NCBI GenBank assembly: GCA_051294375.1
Contig: CM119270.1
Location: forward strand, 21,440,456 to 21,504,455
Origin: Paraspadella gotoi
Lineage: Eukaryota > Animalia > Chaetognatha
Reading direction: 5' to 3'
Length of the DNA stretch: 64,000 nucleotides
Shown: in pieces, positions 12,175 through 23,900 of the stretch
Layout: each line of letters opens with the position of its first letter
Numbering within the stretch: position 1 is the stretch's first letter
Made by a program: the position numbers and the translations under genes
Notes under the pieces: generated by a model
Told to the model about the DNA's origin: nothing
The model's database searches: none
The model's input: the letters and a program-made list of their open reading frames with translations, nothing else

Positions 12175-12240
12175 CTGATTGGTCGATTCGTGTTGTGGTT
12201 CGATATGACGTCATCTGGTTCGAGAATTTGGACCAATCAG
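12175..12240. promoter_or_regulatory. Putative SREBP promoter module: CCAAT box - CRE - CCAAT box
   Basis: ctgattggtc (12175-12184), palindrome ATGACGTCAT (12205-12214) and gaccaatcag (12231-12240), ~350-410 bp upstream of the SREBP ATG. Confidence 0.6.
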
Positions 12241-13276
12241 CGATCAGAGTTTCTCGGTGGCCTGATTATCTCCTCTTGGGCCGTCGAACTTGACTCAGGA
12301 AAAAAAAACCAGCGTTCCTACTATTTTCTGTTCCAACTTCAGACAAAAGGGTACAGTGCATTTTATATTGCTATAAAACTTAACCAACTATTTAACACAA
12401 AAATTTCCGTTATTGTATTTTAAAGCGAATAATGAAAGTATAAGTTTATTTATTCTATAAGCTTTTCATTATCAAACAAAACTCAGACCATAGTGTACGG
12501 AACGTCGGGTTTTTTCGATAGAAATAGGATAAGAACCCCAGTTCCTTCGCACTCAACTTCTGAATTGCAAAACAAATCTTCGCATCAAAAGTTTTTTTGC
12601 CTAATTCGATGAAAACTACAACTACAACTAGTATCAGCTTCGATTGCCTCACAGATGGTGCATTGTAGTTGCATTGCAAGTCACTAATGATACTCCTTGC
12701 AATGTTTCCGCAATGCAAGCATTGTAAGAGGATTTTGCAACAATCAAAAATGACTCGTCGTTTATAAAGACCAGTGTTTGTTGATAATAAAAGGAGAGAC
12801 TAAAGTAACGATATTTTGTTAGGAAAACAAAACAATTTTGAAGCCGACATTTATATTTAAACAGATTCCAGCGCATAAATAATAAGTAAACATCACGGAA
12901 AATTACGATAACTTACAACAATCACCTGAATGTCTATTGTGAAAATACTAACAAATGCACCCAAAGATAACGAAAACAGCAGGGTCGAAGATAGCATAGA
13001 CGACTAATTGATTAAAGTATGCAAGTCATTGTAAGACAATGTAATGAACTTTATACACGAGTTGTTAACATTTAGAAAATGTGATGTGAAAACGTGAGGG
13101 AGCCAAATGAATGAGAATTTGCATTTCGCGATCGTACCATTGATTTATTTCGTTTTAAATAAAATAACGTTTTAAGAGTTATAAACAATACAGAGAAAAA
13201 GAAAATTATTTTAAAGCTAATCTCGAGAATAGGCGAGATAAAAATTTAGAAATATTATGATTATAGAAACGGATTT

Positions 13277-13418
13277 TTAGCCGAAAATATTTGAGTTTTT
13301 AACAACGAATTTAATTAAGCCGAAACATGTCCGTTAATGAAATAAATTTAATTCGTTGTTTAAAACTCAAATCTTTTCCGCTAAACATTATTACAACGAA
13401 AACGAATGGATTACACAA
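13277..13418 (+). mobile_element. Hammerhead-bearing Penelope/retrozyme-like insertion (copy 3; 5' half of the HHR core deleted)
   Basis: TSD agaaacggattt (13265-13276) / agaaaaggattt (13419-13430); inverted arms tttagccgaaaatatttgagtttttaacaacgaatt / aattcgttgtttaaaactcaaatcttttccgctaaa; half-core gccGAAAcatgTC; AATAAA; tail acaacgaaaacgaatggattacaca. Confidence 0.7.
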
Positions 13419-14341
13419 AGAAAAGGATTTTAAAAAAATCTTTAGACTGCCGACATTATAACTCATGCGGTAAAGCTTAATAAACGACACTTTTATTTCT
13501 GATTTATGCCTTTCAACAGTCAATATATAAGTGAGGGAAAAAGGATTTTTGGTGTCGAGAAAGATAGAGAGAGAAAGAGAGGGATCAAGGGAGAAGAGAG
13601 AAAAAAAAAGAAAAAAAGAAAAAAAGAAAAAAAGGAAAGAAAGAAAAAAAGAAAAAAAGAAAAAAAGAAAAAAAGAAAAAAAGAAAGAAAAAAAGAAAGA
13701 AAAAAAGAAAGAAAGAAAGAAAGAAAGAGAGAAAGAAAGAAAGAAAGAAATAACAAAAAGTTAAAAAAGCAAGCGTTGCTTGCCAAACATGCTTGAGTGG
13801 ACGCAACAAGTTTCACAGTAAGAATGATTTATTCTTCAACAAGGTTATAAACGATAACAATAACAGGCTCAGATGCTAAGTCTACAACAATGGATATTTA
13901 CACTGTCAAAGTTGACCATAAAGAGAAATGAGGAAAAACAATTGAGGGTAAGATTGGTAAGTTCAGTTTTTGACCGAGGTTGCGTGTTGTTGTTGTTGTT
14001 GTTGCTCCACACTTGGTTCTTTCCTGGTTCTTGCTTGGTTCTCGGTGCTTCAGAACCGAGATTCCCCCTTCGTTTTAATTTTTTCAAAATTTCAAAAAAA
14101 AAAGTGGGTGAAATCTTTAAACCGATGATATTTATAATTAAATTTAACAAAGGATAAAAACTAATACAAGTTTCGAAATCTTTAAACCGATGATATTTAT
14201 AATCCAATTTAACTTTGGACAAGAGATTGAATTCAACCTTTGGAGTTGAACGTGAAAGTTTTGTTTCTCCAATCAATCAAACGAGTTTTGTCGTTCACCT
14301 CATTTCACAAGATGTTCACGTTTCTCACAACCCTTTTCATT

Positions 14342-14403
<62 letters not shown>

Positions 14404-16393
14404 CAATATTGATTCTTATCAAAACGTTTTTAGAATTTTCCTTTTCATTTAACGGTTAATGACCCAAAGACACGTGGAAGCAAGTGTAAGAGTTTCAGAG
14501 ATATAAAAATAGTTTTATTGAGGTATATAAGGAGAAGCATTGAAAAGTATACCGCCGACACAGATGAATATAAAGATGTATCGAATTTACTTAAAGATTT
14601 ATGTAATTTAGAAATATTTATATTGATTGCATTATTTTAGACGAAACGGAATACATTTATTACTATTTTTTATCTCTCGGCTTTAAATATTTTTCTTTCT
14701 ATACCGAAATGTTCCAATTTTAAAAAAAAATATTAATCTTTTGTTGAACTCTCTATTGAACTATTGAACTAATAAGTTAGAATGACTAATTACGATTTTT
14801 TTTTGAGTCGTCGCCACATAATTCCAAATTCCATTGACAGTTATTTAAATTTATAATTAAAATATTTCATTTAAACTTCACTAGTTCAATTAACATGAAG
14901 ATCGACGCAATTATTCTCTGCGTCGTCTTCGTGCGCCGCATTCAGTCAATCAGTTAATAAGTCTGTTAATCTATTAGTTAACAAATCTGTTCAACAATCG
15001 ATGGATCAGTCAGTCAGTCAATCAGTAAATCATTTTATCAATTAATGAGGCAGCCTTTCCTGCTATGTTTCGTTTTACACAAACAATCTCATCACTTAGT
15101 CACTTTATTAATTCCACGAAATATCGCGGTTCTGCGAGTAGAGGTTGAAAGTTTTGAGTCCAGACAACAAATTTGTTCTCCTCAAATAAAATTTAAAAAA
15201 TGATGAATTTGTTCTTTGGTGTCGCATCCGACAAAATGACATCTTTCCCTGGACCACTGGACCGAAAACCACTAACCGAGGAGACCACCCAACCACCATC
15301 CCACTCCACCTCCCAACAAAAAAGATTAATGCGACGGAAAAAAAAGGAATGACGTTGACAACGAAAACTGTGCAAACTGTGCAAACTGTGATAACCTGTG
15401 CAAACTAAAAAAAAAAACTGTTGAAAGCCGCGAAAAATTGTGAATTATTCAAATCTGAGGTCAAATTTGCTTTTGGATCCAAAAATGGCGAAGGTTGTGA
15501 TATCTAGTGATGAGGGGAAAAAACGAGTTCAGTTTGGAAAAAAAGTTGCAGTGGTATATGATAATAAAGACACTTTTCATGTACATTTTTATTGAACTTT
15601 TTCTGACGATAAGTGATCACAAGTTAAGTTACAAACCGGTTTATAAAAAAATAATATGCAAATGAGGACGGAAGTGAGGCTTATAGAAAACAAATGATCG
15701 GAAGTTATTACTTCTAACAACGGGAAAAACACTTGTTAATATTTGCTACAACACTTGAATAATATTTAAACGAGCCTTATAAAAGCGCTTTTTCGAATGC
15801 AACATGGTTGATTCGGTACAATCATCAATAACATACAAAACACAAAACACAAAACACTTTTCTTTCACTTAAAATTTTTTTTCGTCAGAACGTTAGGAGT
15901 CAACTCTCTCTTTCTCCTCTCTTCCTCATTCATTATTAATTTTTCTTTCCTTTCCTTTCATTTATTTAATTTTTTCAAAATGTATCTATATTTTTTTTCA
16001 GCATTTTTCTCCTTATCTTCTGCAGAAATTAAGGAATCGCTCCCCAAGCGAAGAACCGATTGTCCTTTATGCATTTGTCGTCGTCGTCGTCGTTGTTTTG
16101 AGTTCCGGTTATGCGTTCAAACTCTGGAATCATCAAATCGAATTTTATTGAAAAATCCGTTTTGCTCCAGAATGCTGACGGCAAAATGCAGAGACTGGGA
16201 GAGAGAGATAGAGAGCAAGTGGGTTAAGTCATCCATCAGAGTTACGGCATCCGAACAATATCTAAAGAACCTCATCTGATCGACAGCATTTAGTATATAC
16301 GGCATTCGCTTTTATGCCGAATGTAGAGCAAAATGAAAAATTCCGAGGGAAAAAAAAGATTAATTAATATTAGTTGTTAATTAATCCTAACTT

Positions 16394-16497
16394 TCTCAGC
16401 ATACCTTACTTTACCTTACCTTACTTTACTTACTCAGCATACCTTACTTTACCTTACCTTAATATACCATACCTTACTTTACTTACTCAGCATACTT
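16394..16497. repeat. Short tandem repeat (ctcagcataccttactttaccttac)
   Basis: Three imperfect copies just before the N-gap at 16532. Confidence 0.8.
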
Positions 16498-16556
16498 GAC
16501 TTTTTCTCATCCCTTTTCTCTTTCTCTCTTTNNNNNNNNNNNNNNNNNNNNNNNNN

Positions 16557-19500
16557 CGAGCACACGGCAAGTGTTCGTACAGTAAAAGGCAGAATTTAGT
16601 CTCCTCTGGCCTAAGCATCTATTCATTGTGAAAAGAGAGATGTAGAGTCATTGACCATATTTAGAATACAGAAGTTGAGATAGAAATTTGTATTTGAGTA
16701 TAATTTTCATACGTATAATATTAAACCTATTTTCTCCCTTTTTTGCATGGTCTTGCCACGATGGCAATCGCCCGACTACGGGCCGCTCAGAATGAAGCAG
16801 ATGGAATCGGTCCAGACAGTGCCGAACAGCTCGAATGTCTCCGGCACACATTTCAGGCCTTTTCAACAGGGCCGTTGAGACGGAACGTCAGCGGATCGTA
16901 CGTCTGCAACAGTATTGAGAGAGGCGCTGCGAAATTAAGAGGCAAGAGGCGATGCTTCTCGCGGCGAGAACATAGGCTTGAGAAATACGCATGTGTTATC
17001 CACGAGGAATTGATCGGGTAAGAGACGCTTTGCGCGAAAATCCAAAAATTTCCGCCGCATTTGGCGGTTTCGAACGATGATACTATTATTGCTGGATCCT
17101 GCCTCCGGCCCTAGCTCTCGGGCTGGATCCCCGTATCTCCTCCCCCCCGACCCTACAATGCCGGTCGTAGGGAGAGGAAGGAAGCAGGTGGACGCTCGAC
17201 GATGACCGTGGGAGGGCGGCGAACGACGTCGACGGATGATCAGGTTCCGATTGCCGTCGCTTGAGGCCCGGTACGGCACCTCCCCTATCCAGACTGCCTT
17301 CATGACTCCTCCCACGTCCGATCTAATTGAAGCGGTCGCCGCGACGCGGGACCATATACGAGCGCTTTTGCGCCGGTCCCTGCCCATGAACCCAACTTCC
17401 GGGGCGAACGACCGCACCGATGGTGAGAACGATGGCTACTAGTGCGACGGCGACCGATTCTGGTCACTCCAACATAACACCTCGCACAAACCGACCACTT
17501 CTACCTCCGTCCAGCTTTGCTGACGAGCAGCAACGCGTTGCTTGAAGAGGCAGTGCAGAGGGCAGTTAACGATAAAACTAGAGCCGGCACGCACCGAAGA
17601 AGAATTCTAGAGAGAGAAAATGATGATGTTGCAGGAGGAAAAATGATCGATTGCGACCAAGCTGCCGAGAGGCAGTCAGCTCGAACGACGTGCTTCGCAG
17701 CCTGCCAGGAAACTGTCAGCTGATCGATTAGCGGAGAGACACGTTTACGACGAGTTCCGAACGTTCACATGCGCCGGCGGTCATCTCTGCGGACGGCGCC
17801 GAACCTTTCCCTGTGTGCCGGCGCCCTATCTCGATTTCCGCTGAGGTTGCTGCATGCGAACGCCGCGTTCTCGGCCGAGAGGTACTGCGTCGAAACTAGC
17901 AACGGGTTTGAGCGCTTTGCCTGCGGAGGGAGCCGGACCTTCAGCTGATAACAGCCCATCGGCGGCGAATCTGACGACTTTGACGAGAGATTATCTGCGA
18001 TAGAGAAATCGTCGCTCAACAACAAGTCGCAGTCATGAGATTCGAACGAGAGCAGTTGGAGACGTCGAAAGGGAGAATCTTCAGAGGAACTTCGAGGCCA
18101 CGGTGATTGAGAATGGTTACGATGATTTCTGGGTTCGCCCAGGCGTGAGAACGCACCCCCACGGATACAAACGCCGCCTTCGCCACCCCGGGCACCGCTC
18201 CCTCGGACTCCTTCTCATCAGCCCCGCGCTTCGCCTCTCCACGATCCTTACCTCAAAGAAACAATTCTCAGAGAGATCCAGCGATCGACGCACAACAAGC
18301 GCCAAATAGCTCAACTTTCAGAACAATGCGACAGTTACAGGAGAGTGTGAGCGCCTTTCAGCACACGAGAAACGGTGGGGGCGGCTTCCGGGAGGCGGCC
18401 CCGCCTCCTGAGGCTCCCCCACGCCGGAGAAACGATCGATTACAACAGTATTTACACTCCCAATCGATAGAGTCGACGATCCGCATGCTCAAAGACTTAC
18501 GCCCTGAAGAAATGTTTAGAAACGAAGGTGCGAAAAAACAAAGTAGTCTTCGAAATTCACATTGAGACAATGGGAGGCGGCGATGACTCAACCTGTGTTC
18601 ACCGCCCAAATGCGTCATCAGGAACTACGCCACTGGTTCGGTGGTCTTGCGCGGGTTGAAACTCCAAAAGTATTTTCATCGGACTGATTATTCGGCGGCG
18701 TAGATGAAGCCGTCGCAATGCTTCATCAGGAATTTGGACGACCCGACGCCTCGCCTCACGAAATGCTAAAAGATTGTTTAGCCGGTGGTAAGGCAACGGA
18801 AGCGACGAGATCGATGAGACGATTACGCATCTAGAGAATATCGCCGCATCGCGGAGGCAAAGGGCCGAATCGCGCGATTTGAACCGGACACGGTTATCTC
18901 AGAGATTCTCGACGCAAAGTTTCCTCAATGGAAAGACAAATTGCAGAGGAAAATTCGCAATCGGGTCTTTAGAAATGGACGAAAACTTACGCTTTACGAA
19001 TTTATTGAATTTTTGAAAATTCACCTTGTTGCGGTGAAATCGGTCTATGGCAAAAGGAAAAAAGATAGCGACGACGGGCTGCGGTGGCGGCGGTTGCGGC
19101 AAACGGCTGGCACGCTGCCCCGTCGACAAACGTGGGGGCATCGAGGATCAGCAAAGGGAAACGAGTGCCACAGACTCGTTCGATTCGTCTGACGCAGCCG
19201 ATTCCCGCCCAACCGGAGTTGCAAAAGAAAAAGAAAAAGAAGCGAAGAAAGACGAGCATAACTGAAGCGAAGCCCACGCTCCTCTCCCAGAAGCCGATTG
19301 TGCTTACATAAAAGCCCAATGGCCGACTTATCCGGCCATTCCAGCCGGTGCAGCCGCCGATTCAACAGGCGGCGGCTACACCTGCTCCCCAGATCCAGAT
19401 GGTGACGAATACGCAGGAGTCCGATGTATACCTCGACGCCGACTCGCCCATCAACTCCGCATTGCTACTTTTGTGGACAAGACCATATGATCTGGGAGTG

Positions 19501-22131
19501 TACAGGCTATCAGGCCACTCGGCGTCCAGGCGAGAGCCGACTTAGCGGCAGGCCGACGATTATGTTTTAAATGTTTAACTCCTAACCATTTAGCAATTAG
19601 ATGTAGATCTAGTGTACCATGTAATCAGTGCAGGGGAAATCATCATCCCATGCTTGCACGGCGCGGCGCCGGTGCCCCGACAGATGCCGGTTAATCAGGT
19701 GGCACAATATCAGCCACAACTGGTCTATGTTCAAACTCCTGCTCCCGCCCATGCCTACACCCACCTTTTTTCAATCCACTCCCTCCTCCTATGCTGTTTT
19801 TTCTCCTTCCCAGCCCCTTCAGGACCCTGGGACGGCGAACGCTGCGGCGACGCGCAGGGAGGACTGGCTGATTCAGATCAAACGAGACCAACGACGACGG
19901 TTCCCGTGGCTCCGGCAGCAGCAGCGACCACCAGCAGCGATGCCCACTCCGCAAGCCGGGAACAATCAAACAGTTGACTAGCAGTTGCGTCCGCTCCTGG
20001 CCGAGGCGACCTTTCGTCCTTCGTGCCAGTCGTCGTCGAGATGAACGGACGCAAACGCACGACTTATGCAATGATGATAGCGGCTGTAATCGCGCTGCGT
20101 ATGAAAGAAAACATTGCCAACGATCTAAGTATAACTTGCAATGATGTAAAAATGAGAATCGAACTTTAGATAGTGATGTTATTGTAGACAAGAAAGTTGC
20201 TGATTTTAATATTGAACCACTTAATGGAACTTTTTCTCTTTCTATTAGGAAAGCGATTGTGGGACATTTGCTTACATCGAGGACGATCTCCCCCGTGCGA
20301 TGCAGATGTGGGTCGACAAGCCTCATCTCAAGGGGGTAACGTTCCCCAACCTCCCTGACAAGGAGGTTGGCGTGCTCCTCCCGGCAAACTACGCCTACAC
20401 TTGGATTGATGGAGAGGTTCGACGAGGTTCGCGAGACCAGCCGTAGCCATCAATACAATGTTCGGCTGGACTTTGATCGGACCCAGAGATGGGAAATGCG
20501 GCGATGAGTGGATTGCGCACGCATGACCGCCGAGTTTGTTGAGATTTACCAATTGTATATAAATATATCGTTGACTTACTCGACTTTCGTTTAGTACAGT
20601 CGATGCAAAAGATAGTGAAAGATTATCGGTTTGCGACTTCCGTTAAAACGAAAAATAGTGAAATGTTGCAAGTCTCAAACAACATGCGCAACAGCTTTGT
20701 CGACAACTCTGGCGCCAACCGACGACAAATCCTTTCTTTGGTCACCGAAACCCTTGCCTCAGCTCCTTCCTTCCCCTCGATGCCGGAGATCATTCCGGCG
20801 GGGGATAACCATTTTCAGCAAAGATGAGAACCAACCCACGATCTCGAGGGAGACGAGGCGCCGAAGTCGCGCCCCCGCCGACTTACGGCGGGCCAGACGC
20901 GGCTTGGCGCTCGTCAGAAAGAACATTGAAGCGATTCTGTCGCGACATCGCAGCCAAAAACCGGAAATTATCCATGGACGCTATCACATTATAGACTCGT
21001 TTTTAAAGTTTTATCCTTTCTCGCTTTTATCTATTAGCTTGTCGTTACCATCACTTTTGGTCTTTGTCAGATCACACAAACGTTCGATTTTACCATTTTT
21101 TTTTATTTGCTCAACTGATCGTTCTGTTAAGAAATTCGACGCGCACGCTCAAAAGAAAATTTTATTTCGACGATCTCGTGACATGGTTAAATTTCATTGT
21201 GTAATTCATGCGAAAAAAAGAATAATTTATTTACTTTGATATTGTGACATTCAAACGTTAGAGAATTCAATCACATAAAATTAAAAGAAAAGCGGTTTTC
21301 TGACAGGCCATAAATTGACAATAATGAAAAATATTTTCTTCCTTTTCCCTTTCTTATTTTGTTTTCATTTATTTCGACACTTTATTTATTTTTCTTCTTC
21401 CCTTGATCTTATTCCTCTTCTTTCCATCTATCTTGATCCTTTCTCTTCTTCTTTCCTGATCTTTTCTCTTCCTCTTAGGCCATGGACTTTGCACTGCCCT
21501 TCCAGAATCAGAGTGGTTTTCGTTGGAGTTTTTCCACGCTCTGATGGAGAAGCGCTGGAGGTGGGGGTGTAAGATATGTACCCCCTTTTCCCCCATTTAT
21601 TTTGTTTACCTTTGTTATTCACCGTTTCTGCCGATAGATGTCTTTTTCCTCTTTCTTTAAGGAGATTACACTCCTCTTTCCTTTCTTACCAGATATTCTA
21701 GCCTTAGACACTTAGGACTTTTCCGCCCGTCACCAAACTGCCTTTTACGAGGGCTTTAGACCTTCACGTCACGTCAAGTCACCCTTTTGTACCGCTTCAC
21801 AGACAGAGTCATTGTGCCATAGAGCCACTGCCTGAGGACCCACATTCGAGGACTTGTGGACGCGTTCGGTTGGTTCAGACTTTCACCCGTCATAGACTCG
21901 TGACGACTTGTAGGTCCCCACCCTCGACCACGCTTGGTGACGACAAACCTCGCCGATTTAACCCATCCCGGCGAGCCGACGTTTCTGGCGCAGCGCAACG
22001 GCGCCAGACGCGACCACGCCCTCTTTCGGAGCGTCAGCGGGGGACGTGGAGGACGACGGATCCTCCGTAGCGGCCGCGACGGCGGAAGAAAGCAGAGGCG
22101 GCTACACGAGCACACGGCAAGTGTTCGTACA
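16557..22131 (+). mobile_element. BEL/Pao LTR retrotransposon, frameshifted and apparently lacking RT/RNaseH/integrase
   Basis: The end of the 5' LTR (cgagcacacggcaagtgttcgtaca, 16557-16581; rest in the N-gap) is identical to the end of the 3' LTR (22107-22131). Internal Gag-like segments (AMLHQEFGRP, LTLYEFIEFL), the BEL/Pao triple zinc knuckle CYFCGQDHMIWEC / CFKCLTPNHLAIRC / CNQCRGNHHPML (19463-19660), and a protease C-terminal part (PHLKGVTFPNLPDKEVGVLL...AINTMFGWTLIGP, ~20310-20485). PPT ggaggtggggg precedes the 3' LTR. Confidence 0.9.
21568..22131 (+). repeat. 3' LTR of the BEL/Pao element (564 bp, TGTAAG...CGTACA)
   Basis: Starts with TGT right after the purine tract and ends with ACA. 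Terminal 6-bp inverted repeat matches 5/6. The last 25 bp are identical to 16557-16581. Confidence 0.85.
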
Positions 22132-22337
22132 GTTATAGTGTAGTATAGTTAAATAAAAAGTATTAAACAAAGTTTCCAGATGACCAGTAATAAACTTTAA
22201 AACAGAGTTGAGAGAACGAGAAAACTAAGGTGAACATCACAGCCTGTGAGACACAAGTGGATGGAGACTCGAATTGTGAAAGGTGAAACTTTCGGAACGA
22301 AATTTTATGTCCTCATCAAACTAGACACGTTTAATTT

Positions 22338-22389
<52 letters not shown>

Positions 22390-22424
22390 CATCTTTTCAT
22401 TAGTTCATTAATTATTTTATTCAG

Positions 22425-22860
22425 CCATTGTTTCATCATTAGATTCATTGATTCATTCCTTCATTCATTCCTTCAAACATTAATTCATTAATTCAATGTA
22501 TCACTCATTCATTCATTTATTTAATCATACATTTTTTATTCAACCATTCTTACGTTCATTCATTCATTTTTTGTTTCTTTAATCATTTATGCATGCATTC
22601 ATTTATTCATTTAATAATTTATTTCTTCATTGCTTTATTCATTCATTCTTTCATTTATTCATTCGTTAATTCATTTATTTATTCATTTATATTCATTCTT
22701 CCATTCATTTATTTCCTCATTATTTCATTGATAAAATCATTTAGTAATTTTTCATTAATTACTTTATTTATGGATTAATTCTTTCCTTCTTGAATTCATT
22801 CATCCATCCTTTCATTCATTTATTCATTCCTTCATTCATTAATTCATTCATTCATTTATT
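22425..22860. repeat. Degenerate (TCAT)n/(TTCA)n microsatellite
   Basis: Long run of cattcattcattt-type units. Confidence 0.85.
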
Positions 22861-23330
22861 TTCTCTCCCAGCCACGCATTCCTCGACATGTTAAATACTT
22901 CGTACGCACGAAATTCGTCCGGACATTTCGGACGTCGGATCGATTTACGCGGACACATTCACGTCCGGGCATTTCCGCCATTAATCAGACTTGGAGTCGT
23001 GAAACGTTGGCCGTGAATGAGAAGGAAAATCGATCAACGATGACGCGAATCACAAAGTTGTGGAGCAGTGAATTGTGCGATGCGTGAATTACTGGGAAAC
23101 GTGTGAAGTGAAGTGAAGTGAAGTGAAGTGAAGTGTCACAGATGGGGTCATTGAAAAGCGTCAAGTCCAGTGAAAGATGCTGCTCTTGTGATCATCCTCT
23201 TCTGTTGACATTTCTTTCTTTTTTTTTTTTTGCCCAAAAAATTCGCGACCAAAGTCATCCGTTAAGTTCAGTTGCGGAACAGTGGGGAAAGTGAAAGGAG
23301 GCGAGAGAGAGAGAGAGAAGACGAGATGAA

Positions 23331-23361
<31 letters not shown>

Positions 23362-23667
23362 TTTTTGGAGATCAGTCTGTGAAATGACGCGTGAACAGGA
23401 AAACTCCAATTATTCATCAATTGGAAGAAAACAAAAGAGTGAAAAAAAAAGAAAAGAAAGAAATAAAACAAAAAAAAAAATATCACAAAAATTAATTGAG
23501 AATTTCTCAACATCTCCGTTCGACCCCCAGTCACCCCCTTAAACAGTGACCGCGAAATATTCACGCCCAGTGAACGATGATCCTCGAGTAAAAATTCACT
23601 GTGAAAACTCGTAGTAGGGAAAAACCCAGAACGTCGAAGCAAAAGTCTCCAGTGTGATTAGATTATT

Positions 23668-23708
<41 letters not shown>

Positions 23709-23868
23709 GATCAATGTCAACTCCTCGCTGGCCTCGGGATCCTGGACTTTGCTCGTCGGCGGTGGCGACAACGTCTATAATGGCAAATGCCAGCGTCGAT
23801 GGTGGCGTTGGTATCTTTTGAAATACCGTTCCTGATATTGTTATTGTTATTGCCGTCCCTGACGCCGC

Positions 23869-23900
<32 letters not shown>

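Noticed and set aside
15485-15595. Short ORF MAKVVISSDEGKKRVQFGKK... with good Kozak context and an RVxF-like motif
   Set aside because: Only 36 codons with no linked exons. The surrounding aaaatggcg / ggatcc / gacctcagatttg motifs look like DNA-transposon debris.
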